A stretch of DNA of 64,000 bases from Epiperipatus broadwayi. Taxonomy: Eukaryota; Animalia; Onychophora. The notes below the pieces were generated by a model. That model had not been told where the DNA came from and made no database searches. It saw nothing but the letters and a program-made list of their open reading frames with translations. The position numbers were made by a program, and so were the translations under genes. Positions 39,275-50,585 of the stretch are shown here, piece by piece (position 1 is the first letter of the stretch; each line of letters opens with the position of its first letter). Location: contig JAQFVV010000003.1 of NCBI GenBank assembly GCA_028023455.1, positions 16,120,001-16,184,000 of the forward strand, in the 5' to 3' direction.

Positions 39275-39540
39275 TAGGCAAAACTCTCCATACATATTAC
39301 CTAAGATCTAGGTGCAGTGCTCTCAGATCCAAGGCTCCTCATTGACGAAGGCCACAAGCCAGAAACTAGTCTGTGGATATTGGATGAGTAAGCACTAGAT
39401 AGGGATTTTACGTACAAGGGTTCTCAATCCACTGATTACTCTGGCTTGCACTGAGTGACAATACGAATGGAGAGTTTTGCCTATTTTAATAAGTTATAAG
39501 CAAGCATAAGAAATGGTGATCATGTGAAGTTTATTGGCTT
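39275..39540 (+). mobile_element. Short hammerhead-bearing retroelement copy (Penelope-like/retrozyme-like)
   Basis: Perfect 15-bp TSD CAAACCTAGAATAAA (39260-39274, 39541-39555). Short inverted copy of its own downstream sequence at the 5' end. Homologous to the 43.0 and 60.8-61.8 kb copies. Confidence 0.75.
39336..39377 (+). ncRNA. Minimal type I hammerhead-ribozyme-like motif
   Basis: TCCTCA-TTGACGA-AGGCCACAAGCCA-GAAA-CTA-GTC-TGTGGA: helix I, core, short helix II, GAAA, palindromic ACTAGT helix III, GUC. It has U instead of C at core position 3 and A-A at the base of helix II. Confidence 0.6.
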
Positions 39541-40641
39541 CAAACCTAGAATAAAGAATATTAAGGAAATTGTTCTAATTAAGTTATTGCTTATATCATA
39601 CTGCCTAGTCCTTTCATATGCCTCCTTTGTTCACAGAATAGTTGTGAATAAATAAGTTTTAAAGTTTACTTTGTCATATAAAAACAGCATCCAAATTTAA
39701 TAAACAAATAAAATTTTACCTTAAAATAAACTTCAAATTAATGCAAAATAAAATTAATACCTCAATTCAAAATTTAAATCTCAATAATATAAAGAGCTCA
39801 TTAAGTGCTCAATAATGTGATGACACAACTTGACAATTTTTGAATATAAATATTAAAAATGAATTCAGGAATTTATTGTGACAGTTCTTTAAAAAGTAGT
39901 CAAAATTTCTAATTTTAATGAATTTAGAACAATGTATACATCTTAATAATGTAAAAAGCTCATTAAATATTGTATATGTGATGCCACTTTTTTGAATATT
40001 TTGGATTCAGAAATTATTTTAAATAAATAATGTACTTAAAAAATATTGCAAACAACGTAAAAATCCTCCTTTCAAGTAAGCACTTAATGCTGTCCGAGAT
40101 CGAATACGGGATCTTTAGATTAAATAGTGCAGCATATATCAACAACTCTGTTTTACGATGTTCAAATGAATATACTTATGTGTAGAAAATCTAACATTCG
40201 TATATATTGTTTGTCTGAAAGTATGAGATGATGACATTTTATTTGTAACTATACGTTGCACTGTTTCTATCATCTGTAAATGTTTTTAGAAAAATTGAAA
40301 CTTTATTCATGCTTTTCCAAATATATTCAACTATTGATAGTAATAACACACAGATTAATATATAACATCGGTCAGTTACTAATAACACTACTAAAAGTTA
40401 AATGTATTAATAAAAATATAAAATATGAATTTTTCTAAAAATCATTTAATAATTTAACTAGATAATGGAAATAGTGCAATATATAATTATACGTATATAT
40501 TAAGTTTGTGAAGTTCTATTGCAAAGTAAAATAATGTTTATCATTTTCTAATAAACAATGCTTGTAAAGTTAGAAATTAATCACATAAGATTTATTAAAC
40601 TATAGTTGCTTAATAAATAAAAAAAAAAACGAAATACATAC

Positions 40642-40765
40642 CGAAGGAATTAAGAAAATCGGCAATTTTTTTAATACTACACGTTATAACTTCAATATAC
40701 TCTCTGTTAGCCCAATCTTGTTGTATTTGCCGTTGAACACTGTCAGTACGATGTAATGTAGCCAT
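40642..40765 (-). CDS. BRK1: BRK1/HSPC300 coding exon 1
   Basis: Translates [41 protein letters not shown]+G, the BRICK1 N-terminal signature. ATG at 40765; phase-1 GTATGT donor at 40641. Confidence 0.97.
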
Positions 40766-41110
40766 TTTCTTTAAAATTACTACTTTTACAATCGAAATTA
40801 TCATTGGTCAATATTTTAAACCAATGAAATGTTTTGATTCATTAATTGCAACATAATTTCACTAGTGAATAAGTTAAATTAAGAAAGATGCGGGTGATGA
40901 ATATATCTCCTCTATAGTTTGAATGAATTTATTTTGACAGAAGTTTAATATTATATCTATTGTCTTCAATATTTGCGCAGAATGAGCTGGGTTATACTTT
41001 TAACTGTTCTTGAAAAGTAGATACGATCGATGCCAGATAGTAGTGAATCTTACCTGAGTTTATTTATCAAGTTCGTCTACCAATTTACGTATTCACGTGA
41101 GTCCAGTTTT
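40766..41110. promoter_or_regulatory. Probable BRK1 5' UTR/promoter region
   Basis: Lies directly upstream of the BRK1 ATG and has more CpG than the surrounding DNA. Donor-like motifs occur on both strands (CTTACCT on plus near 41049; GTGAGT near 41097). The start site cannot be defined. Confidence 0.45.
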
Positions 41111-42149
41111 TTTTCCCTCACTTAATTTCGTTTATTTAAAATTCTATTTCTTGATGTGTTAAAAATTATTTTATATATTATCTTTATTCTGCATTTTGCT
41201 TTTTTAGTTTTTTCTTAGTCATTTTAATTATATAATATTCAAGATAAACTGTTTACTTGTAAAAGTAATTATGATCCAAAAATAGTCATTTAATGTAGAT
41301 TACTAAATAAAACATTATTCCGGTAGAGTTTCTTTATAATTTTGCTGTAAATTAAATCACTTCTTCCTTTGTTTATTTATTTGTCTTGCTTTCGTAAATA
41401 TATTTTGTTTTATATTAATATATAAATAAATTACATTACAATTGATATATAATTGCAAAAAGGATTTTAATTATTAACTGAAAGGAAATCCTTTGATTTT
41501 GTCTTTGAGACATTGAATGAACAGAGCTGAGCAAAATTCTTAGGTCCACTATATGTGTTGTTGTCATTACAGATGTTACCACTATGCTATTATTCATATT
41601 ATAAACTTTCCTGATGGACTGCTTACCATCACACATAATCAGCCAGTGTGATGATGTTGTTGGCCTTTACTACTGAGTTTAAAATCAAGGAATATAATCA
41701 TCTTTCTTTTTAAATATCCTGTATTTCTCAACTACAACATCGTTTGGTTTTTTGAAAGCAGAATAAATATATGAATCTGTAAATCAATTCTCATCCCTTT
41801 TACATTTACAATAAATAAAGCTGGCAAAAACAAAAAGCCCTCATATTCCTGAGGCAGCAAAGTCACCAGTCTGGTTGGCAACTTAAGAGCCTAGGTTGCC
41901 ATTCCATGATAATCTTTTATTTAACTATTTATAACTGTTAATCACTTTCAAATGGGAAGATTGCTTGAATTTCAAGAAGAGTTGTCTTAAATTAAATTAA
42001 CTATTGTTAGATTATGAAGTTAGAAGAAAGCTGAAGAGATCATTTGAACAATAGATATTTACTTTACTATAAAAATACAAATACTGGTAGTTGAAGTAGG
42101 ATTCATTGTAAATATATATAAAAGGAATAATAATATTATAGTGATTGAT

Positions 42150-44150
42150 GCTGCAGCAGACAGTGGTAAAATTAGTCATTCTATGTAACAGAAGATAGCA
42201 AGTGCAGATAATTCAGGTTTATGTCCCAATATTCTCATTCTGAATGATTACAAGATTTTTTATGGTTATTATATGTTATATGATATATATTTATGGAAAA
42301 CTAGAGAGACAAAGAGTATTAAGAAAGACATTATTAATAATCAATATGTAATAGGTTTGAATTTTCAAATCATATTAGCAGATTTCAGTAATAGCTCAAA
42401 CTTGAATTAATTCAGTAAGTAGATAACTGATACTCTACTAAGCACAGCTATATAGACTGCTTATTCAAAAAAATAGTAATAATTCACTAGTAAATTTTCA
42501 ACTGAAGCAAAGCATTACATAAAGAAAAAAGAATTATGGAAATATTTTTAAATGATCTGTTTAGAAAAATTGGATATTTAAAATTTTGAAAAATAGTAAA
42601 AGTTAGTGATGATGTAAAGAAGTATAATTATGAATTGGCAAAGAAAGCTATAGAAGGGAACAAAGTTCTCAAATATGTGACATTACATCTTGCTATAGGA
42701 AGAAAAATGGATTGAATAATAAGAGGAAAGAATGTCATAAAATGTGAAAAATTCTTACAAAGAACTATATAAATAAAGAAAGCTATGTAATTCCTATTAA
42801 ACATCATTTTTTGAAATGTCAATTATTTCAAATGAAATGATAAGACATGTAATAAAATATGTGATAAATTGAGAAGTTCCAGGAAATGATTGGAGTTGTA
42901 ATTGATATTTTAAAAGAAACTAGTGAAGAAATTGAATAATTACTGGCTGAGCTACAAACTAAATATCTAAATTGTTGAAAGAATGCAGTAATGATATTTA
43001 TATCTTAACATCACATAATCACTGCTCCTCACTGATGAAAGTCACAAGTTAGAAACTAGCCTAGGGATATTGGCTGAGTAGGCACTAGATAGGGATGTTA
43101 TGCACAAACTTTGCATCCATTGATTACTTTGGCTTATACTGAGTGGCGCTACTGAACAGAGAATTTTTGTCTCTGATATTCATATCTCAGAATGGTTGGG
43201 GGGGGGGTGCTATAAATGGTAAATCTATCAGTCTTTTAAAATCAACACAACTTATATAAAAAGAACTTTGAACTCAAACCAAGCAAAAGAACAACAACAA
43301 AAAAGTAAAATAAAATTTAAAATGTTATCACTTGACTATAATTATAAGCATTTCTGCAGTGATTAAAGCTTTGGAATATCAGGACATATGCCTAGGATAT
43401 TTCAAATTCCAGAGAATATTTATCAAAACACAATGTAGTAATTAGACTACATGCCAATCTTAAGATTAACATTGATAAAAATATAGGCAGAATGATTTTA
43501 CATCTCCAAAACATTTATCAGTATTGGAGTAAACATTTTGGAGTTTAAAATGGAAGATTAAAGAAATATAATCTTAAATCATCTAATGTTTGCAGATGAT
43601 ATGGATTTTTTAAAGCATATTATGCTTTCAGAAAATGTTTCAAGACCTTTTTAATGTATACAGAAAGGTTTAAAGTTAGATACTAAAAAATATTAAACTA
43701 ATGTTCAGAATTTCAAAAAAAAAAAATAATAATTGATAATGAGAACAATATTAATGACTATAAATATCTTGCTCAGCTTTACTTGCTGTAAGAGAAGGAT
43801 TTTTTTTTTTTTTTAACATATATGTTTTTCCATTGCTTTTGCATGGATCTGAAGTTTAGAAGCTTAATGGAAAAGCATTGCAGAGACTTCAAATCACATC
43901 ACAAAATATTGAGAAAGGCATGATGGGACTAACAAAAATGATCAAAAGTGAGTGCAGGTGATGGAGCTGGACTGGACACTTCATTAGATATGGATAGTAA
44001 AATTCTTACACTTATTCCAAGAGATTAAAAAGATCTAGAAAAAGACGTTTGTTGAAAAGATTAAATAAAGAAGATTTCTGAAATGATGTGGAAAAGAAAA
44101 GCTGTGGGTCAGAGAAATTTGAAAGACATTCGGCTGTGGTGAATCAATAA
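42150..44150 (+). mobile_element. Highly degraded RTE-type LINE, interrupted by the 43.0-kb repeat copy
   Basis: IIQVYVP (~42208) in the endonuclease region, LNHLMFADDM (~43575-43605) in RT, and a W.W.GH-like motif (~43960). Confidence 0.7.
43015..43175 (+). mobile_element. Second hammerhead-family copy
   Basis: CCTCA-CTGATGA-AAGTCACAAGTTA-GAAA-CTA-GCC-TAGGG at 43027-43066 (canonical CUGAUGA core; cleavage triplet altered to GCC), followed by the family body (GATATTGG..GAGTAGGCACTAGATAGGGAT). Confidence 0.75.
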
Positions 44151-44489
44151 CTGTTGAAAATCAGAATATAATGATATTATCATTAGATGCATATAAAATA
44201 AAATAATTAAGTTAATATCCCAAGCCAATTTAATAATCAGTATTTATTAAAAGGATATATTAATAGTTAATACTGCAATTGTTTTTAAAATAAATTCGAA
44301 GTTTCTTCCCATTCATGAGATTTCATTTAGTTAATACATTTTATATTTAGCTTTATATATATATATAGAGCGCTTTATATATAGAGAGAATTGATTAAAT
44401 ATATATATTTATTTTAAAAGGGATTGTAAACTGTAATGTATCTTTGAATGGTTTAACAATACATTTGTTTAATATATATTTACTTAAAA

Positions 44490-44740
44490 TTGCGTGTGTG
44501 CGCATATTTTATCCCACGTCCAGAAAGAAATTAATTATAAATAGTGATCATTTTAGATTACCGTTCTTCTATTTGCCCTATATTAACTGTTGGTGCAAGG
44601 ATAGCACTGCCCTTGAATAATAAAAACTAGTAAGCAATAACGATTATGGATAATTCATTCATTCATATATAATACATAGATTATTTCTGTTTTAAAATTT
44701 TTCTAAACTAACATTCTCGCGGTCCGCGAAAATTGAACAA
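44490..44740 (+). promoter_or_regulatory. Candidate promoter/first non-coding exon of an unidentified plus-strand transcript
   Basis: Local CpG cluster (TGCGTGTGTGCGCA, TCGCGGTCCGCGA) followed by AA|GTATGT. A TTTTTCAG acceptor lies at about 45087. No downstream CDS found. Confidence 0.25.
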
Positions 44741-47700
44741 GTATGTATGATAAAAAATAAAATCTAGCAAGAAATAGATGATTATGGTTAATTTATTTAT
44801 TCATATATAATGTGTAGATTATGTTTATTTTAAAATTATAAAGAGATTATGTTAACATAATATTCTTATAAATATATATTTGTACGAAGATTTGTGTGTA
44901 TGTGTACAAAAAATTTTAAATACTGTAAATTATGCAACGGTTGTGTGTATTTAAGTTTTTAAACAACTTTAAATGAGTTGGAGTAGGATTTAAAATTGTT
45001 TTTATTGAAAGCTATCAATTTTATAATTAAGTTCTAATGATTGTTTATAAATAATAATTCTGAAGAATACCTGTTTAATTTTTCAGGCTGCTCTAAAGTA
45101 AATTCATTATTATGTTAATTATGTCTATCTATCTCAATGCAAGTCGTCAGTTTTTTCTCGCACCGCGAATGTTTCCAAATATACATTTTTCTAATAAAGA
45201 AGATATTGTAAGTTATGATATGACTATAATTATGATGATTTCAGTCTTTAAAATTACTGAAACAAAATCTTTTTTTTTTAAGGCAGGATTTTTTTAGTAT
45301 TATTAAATCTTTAGTTTTATTTATAAATAAATATCTTCGAAAATAAATACAAAGAATACGGTTCCTTTTCCATTTTATTCAATGTAAACATAATATTTTC
45401 TTCAAATATATTTATTAATTATTTGAAAAAAAAAAAGTTTGCATTGGGTAAAGTGGAAAAAGAAAGATGTTATTAATTATATATGTTAAAACCAATGCGA
45501 TAGAATAAAAGAGAGAAGTAATAATATACTTATTGTTGCCCAAAACTGAGTTATATTAAGTCAGTGAAAGAATTGGAAGCGGACTTGCTATTAAATGCTA
45601 AACAATTTCCTATTGGGAATGAATTAACTAATCTTCGTCATTTTTTAATTTTTTTTTTAAATTGGTAATCATAGAAAAGTTGATTTTCGAGATGTATCAT
45701 TTATGTAGTATGGTAGGTATATAAACTTTTTTTTTTTTTAAATGTAAACAAATGTATTTTTAACTGATCTTTCTCGATGTAATTTCTTCATGATTTTGAT
45801 GCTTTCAAAATTGAATGGAGAAAAAACACTATTTAACACGAAATAGAAAACCAAGTTTTCTGTAACCTAGTTAGTACAAAGAAATTTCTAGGAACATATG
45901 CTTAAGTCAAATAAGTCAGGGTACTGAGCATAAAGAAAACGATAGTTCCATATTTAAAATAATTTTCAACAGTTGTTAAGCAAGAAGAATAATATCTTAG
46001 AAGGCCAAGTTTATGTTTTTAAGGAATACGTTGACATTAGAGGAAATATGATATAGTGAAAAGAAAAGGTATTTTAGATTCTGCACTCAAAGGCAAGGAA
46101 AATAATTAGGCAATAGGCACTATGACAAATGACAACACTCATTCACCATCAGTGATAATCCTGGATATTTTTAACATGGTAATAAATTGTACAGCATTTA
46201 ATAACTAAATGTTCATGGTTCAATTTATAGATAAGAAAAGGGAAACAAAAAAGACTTATTTGATATGTTGAATAAAATTGTTGTGCTCATTCCATCCTAA
46301 ATACCCGCATGGTTTGGCAAAGGTAGTACAGCATCTGATTTGGGATTGGGAAGTTCCATGATCAATTCTAATGTTGGAAGTTCTGGTACTCAAATTTCTT
46401 ATGAACTATCAATTAAGCTATATACCTTTTTTTTAAATATCCCAAACAATAGATTACATGATTATCATATCAGTGAATGCCATGCACAGTTTGATCCAAT
46501 TATAGAATGCAAACTTTGGAGCTTAAGGTTCACAAATCATGCCAAGCTCTGTTACTTCTGGCTTTCAAATTTTTTATAAACTCTTGAGCAATTAAGGCAT
46601 TCAATTTTTTTTTTAATTATCAGTGATAGATTGCAATCGCTCAGATAATTTGTGAAAATTTCTGAATCAAAAATTAGACCAATGTTTATTGTGTATAAAA
46701 TGCCAAATTTCCCTTTCTCTCAGTTATGATTTTTGCATTTGTTTCATTCCAATCTACTTTTCATTTATTACAACCATCAAATCACTTCAAATTATTTTTC
46801 TTTTATTTTTTCTCTGCCTTTTATAAATTGTCATCACAGTCTCTGTTTTACAAATTTGTTTCACTAAATTTCTCGTGTTATGTGATTTATTGCAGTGATA
46901 AAATGATACTACTCAATTTGATTACTTGACTGAAAATTCAGTGCATAATCTGTCTATTGAGTTCTTGATTTCATATGACTTCCCAAGCAATTAACTATAT
47001 GATTCTTTATTTTATTAAATTAAATAAATTTATGTATTGTTTTTTTTTTTTTTACAAAACTATTGAATTCATAGAAATCGGTCTACACTTAGATAATCCC
47101 AATATAATTCCGTTGTCAAGACAACTTCCTTTCTTTTAATAAAGAGGTTGCCTACTTCTCTTGTTTTCAATATTTCAAATTTTTCATTACAATTCAAACC
47201 TATTGCTCAATTGTTTTGTTTTTCTTGATTAGGAAAGTTTTTTAAAGTAGATATTCATCTTCATCTTTTTACAATTTTTCAAAAGTAATACAATCTTATT
47301 CACAGGAGTTGACAATAATGCATCTTTATTAAGTCTTTATTTATCTCCATAGAAAAATACATATTTGTAATATAGTGAGATATTTTGCTCATTCTTATTT
47401 AAATTAATAAAAGTGCTTCATTATTATAGCTGATTAATTATTGCTCTGATTTATCCTGCTTGGGTAATCCTATTTTTGGATTAATAAAATTTCATATCTG
47501 TCTATTTGATTTCTCTATTTGCTCATCTGTTCATCTTTTAAATATGTATTGTTTTTTGTGGTATTCATTAATGTTTGGATATTAATATTATATATATATT
47601 TTGTAAAGCGTAACAAAAATAAAAAATTGTAACTTATATTTAATACATGAACATTAATAATCTATTCTGTGTCATCTTATTTTGGAGTAATCTCCATAAA

Positions 47701-48029
47701 CATGAGCACCAATGAATGAGAAATGAGTTTCAACCAATTTTCTAGGAAAGTATATAGTTATTGATTTTCATTAGTGATGATTACTGTTTTGCACATATAC
47801 ATCCAACAGCTACATTTTGTTTTTTATATTATTTAGTCAAATTACTTTAAAGTTTCAAATGCTATAAGGTTTTGAAATCAAGCCAAATTGCTTGCTCTGC
47901 TATAAAAATCTGATATTAAGTCAATAATTATATGTTTTAATGATCTCAGTTATATCTAATTTTTATTCTTTGAACAAGATTGGTATATATAAAAACATTT
48001 TCTACCTTTTTTTTTTTTCATATGTCAAA

Positions 48030-48101
48030 TGTGTTGACCAGGAAGCAAACCCGGGTTAACTGCTTATAGAGCAGCTATGCTAACCACTAGTCCACCAATG
48101 C
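48030..48101 (-). pseudogene. tRNA-Gly(TCC)-derived pseudogene or SINE head
   Basis: Minus strand reads GCATTGGTGGACTAGTGGTTAGCATAGCTGCTCTATAAGCAGTTAACCCGGGTTTGCTTCCTGGTCAACACA. This is 72 nt and colinear with eukaryotic tRNA-Gly(TCC), but the anticodon loop, T-loop and acceptor stem are damaged. Confidence 0.8.
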
Positions 48102-50092
48102 TCGACAACATTTTCTACCTTGCTATCAAATTTTTTCTCATTTTACTACAAGCTTAAAAAAGAGTTTTTTTTTTTGTTTTGCTTGTCTGCAACTTTCTAG
48201 TAAACATCTTTGCATTTTCAGAGATAAATGAAGAAGAAAATTTTTCATAAAAAAATAAATGTCAGTGTAATTTTTTTTTTTTTTATATAATTAATTAGTG
48301 ATTAAGTAAGACATAATAAATAATAAGTATGGAATATTTGAAATTGTATGAGTGGTATTTACAATTACTCTATTATTAGCTATAAATACAACTTAAATGT
48401 TATCTATTAATTATACTTTAAGTATTTAACATGATAAAAAATGATGATGCCGGGGAGATGATCAACCTAATCTGAATAAAACATAGCCAGTTCATCGGTC
48501 ACTATTTTTTGTAATGGACTATTGATATGGGATGATAATATAAAAAACTTTATTATGTCTCAGAATTGAGATATCATTCATAATAATATAGATCTAGCCT
48601 AAATGTGGGATGTCATTTTATAAAAACCCTAAAGTTGATTTGGCATTTTATAATAATTGCCACTTGTACATGATCATCATCAGCTAGGGTATCTACTTTG
48701 TCACAGTAGTAATGGATTTTCTACCTCACTACCTCTACATTTATTCAGTCAACATTTGACATAAAGAAATGCCCTTAAGATTTATATTCTTTATCACAGA
48801 GCAAAACATGCATAAACAAATAGTAACTCTGTTAGAACCTGTATAAAATTATGTAACTCAGTTATTGATCACACTAGGCAATAACAATATTTTCCATATA
48901 TAATTATTTAAGTTGTCCACTATACTATTATAAAATACTAAATATAAAATCTAATTTATTCAGATTATATTTAAAACTAAATAAAGCAAACGAGATCTTC
49001 TCCTCAGATATCAACACAAAACCAAATAATGATGCATGCTTAAGACATCTATTTGATTAATAATTGAATAAAACTAAATTCAAATTGATAAACAACTAAA
49101 TTCTGATGTACTTTACTAATCTAATATTATTTATAGTAATGCAAAATTTACTTTAATATTTAATAACATTCTGTTTAAATCAACTAGTTTCTAAATAATT
49201 ATAATTACATTTTGAGAATGTTTTTAAACTATACAATATTTATAATGTTTAAATGAAATAAACCTTTACTCAGTTTTGCATCTATTTTAATAAAAAGTTA
49301 TATATAATATCAATATTTCATTTATACCCTACATTAGATGACATGCAATTATTGCTTGTTATATTCTAAAATAAACTCCACAAGAATTTATTATCAATAA
49401 ATACATTAGGTAATTTGACATTTCACAGTACCCAATCATCATTATATAAAATATACTGTAGGTTTCTATTGGATATTTACTGACTTATAAACACTGATAT
49501 TATTCATCTTCTTAAATCTCCAATCAATTGATTATAGAAATGGATTTTATAACAATTAAACTATATATGACTATAATTGGCAGTTATCCAAGCCAAAGAT
49601 AATATTCAGTTCTCTACTAGTTAATAAAATTTATGATCTCTACTTCAGAGAAATTTAAGAAGGTAATTAAGACAGATCATTTTGACTAATGATAAAATAA
49701 AAATCTATTAAAATTTTTGTAAGCAGACAAGATAAGCAAATAAATAATCAACTCTGAACTAATGAAATTCATTCTACTAGTAATATTGACTTAGATAAGT
49801 AAATGCAGTAACAGATATGAAATTTATATATAATCGGATTTAAAAATGATGTATAAAACATATACATATATCTAATTCTATTTCACTTACCAAAATGGAT
49901 TTGATTTGGGCTCAAACTTTAAAAGTATCAAAATTATCTTGCTTGCATTCAAAAGAAATAATTAGATAGATTCACTGGATTTTAAATCAACTCTAAATTT
50001 ATTGGTTTATAATAAAAATTTATAACCAAAATATATAGCAAAAAAAAAAAAAAAAACAATCGATGTTTGCAATAGACTAAAATCAACAAAAA

Positions 50093-50585
50093 TAATAATA
50101 TCTGTGTGTGGAACTCCAAAAATGTGTGGCAAGACAATAATACTATATATATATAAAATGGAAGGAGAGATTTTAAACACCTCCTTGAAATTTTAAATAG
50201 CATATATGATGATAAAAAAAAATGTGATCAAATAAAAATTGATCTATTTATTCATAAATATAATCTCTAAATAATTAAACAAGCATAAAGAAAAATCTAT
50301 TGTATTTAAACCCTTTTCTATCAGAATCTCCAAGTTAAAATAATAATATCTGTGTGTGGAACTCCAAAAATGTATGGCAAGACAATAATATTATATATAT
50401 AAAATGGAAGGAGAGATTTTAAACACCTCCCTGAAATTTTAAATAGCATATATAATGATAAAAAAAAATGTGATCAAATAAAAATTGATCTATTTATTCA
50501 TAAATATAATCTCTAAATAATTAAACAAGCATAAAGAAAAATCTATTGTATTTAAACCCTTTTCTATCAGAATCTCCAAGTTAAA
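50093..50585 (+). repeat. Tandem duplication, ~247-bp period
   Basis: Units start at 50093 and 50341 and are nearly identical. Confidence 0.95.

Noticed and set aside
40085-40160. tRNA-like B-box on the minus strand
   Set aside because: Only a partial B-box with no clear A-box or cloverleaf. At most a very decayed SINE head.
46290-46579. ORF 46340-46579 and a minus-strand peptide VPELPTLELIMELPNPKSDAVLPLPNHA
   Set aside because: No convincing splice acceptor, no neighbouring exons and no recognisable family.
48440-48475. ATGATGA...CTGA box C/D-like pair
   Set aside because: Too short for a C/D snoRNA, no terminal stem and no recognised guide.
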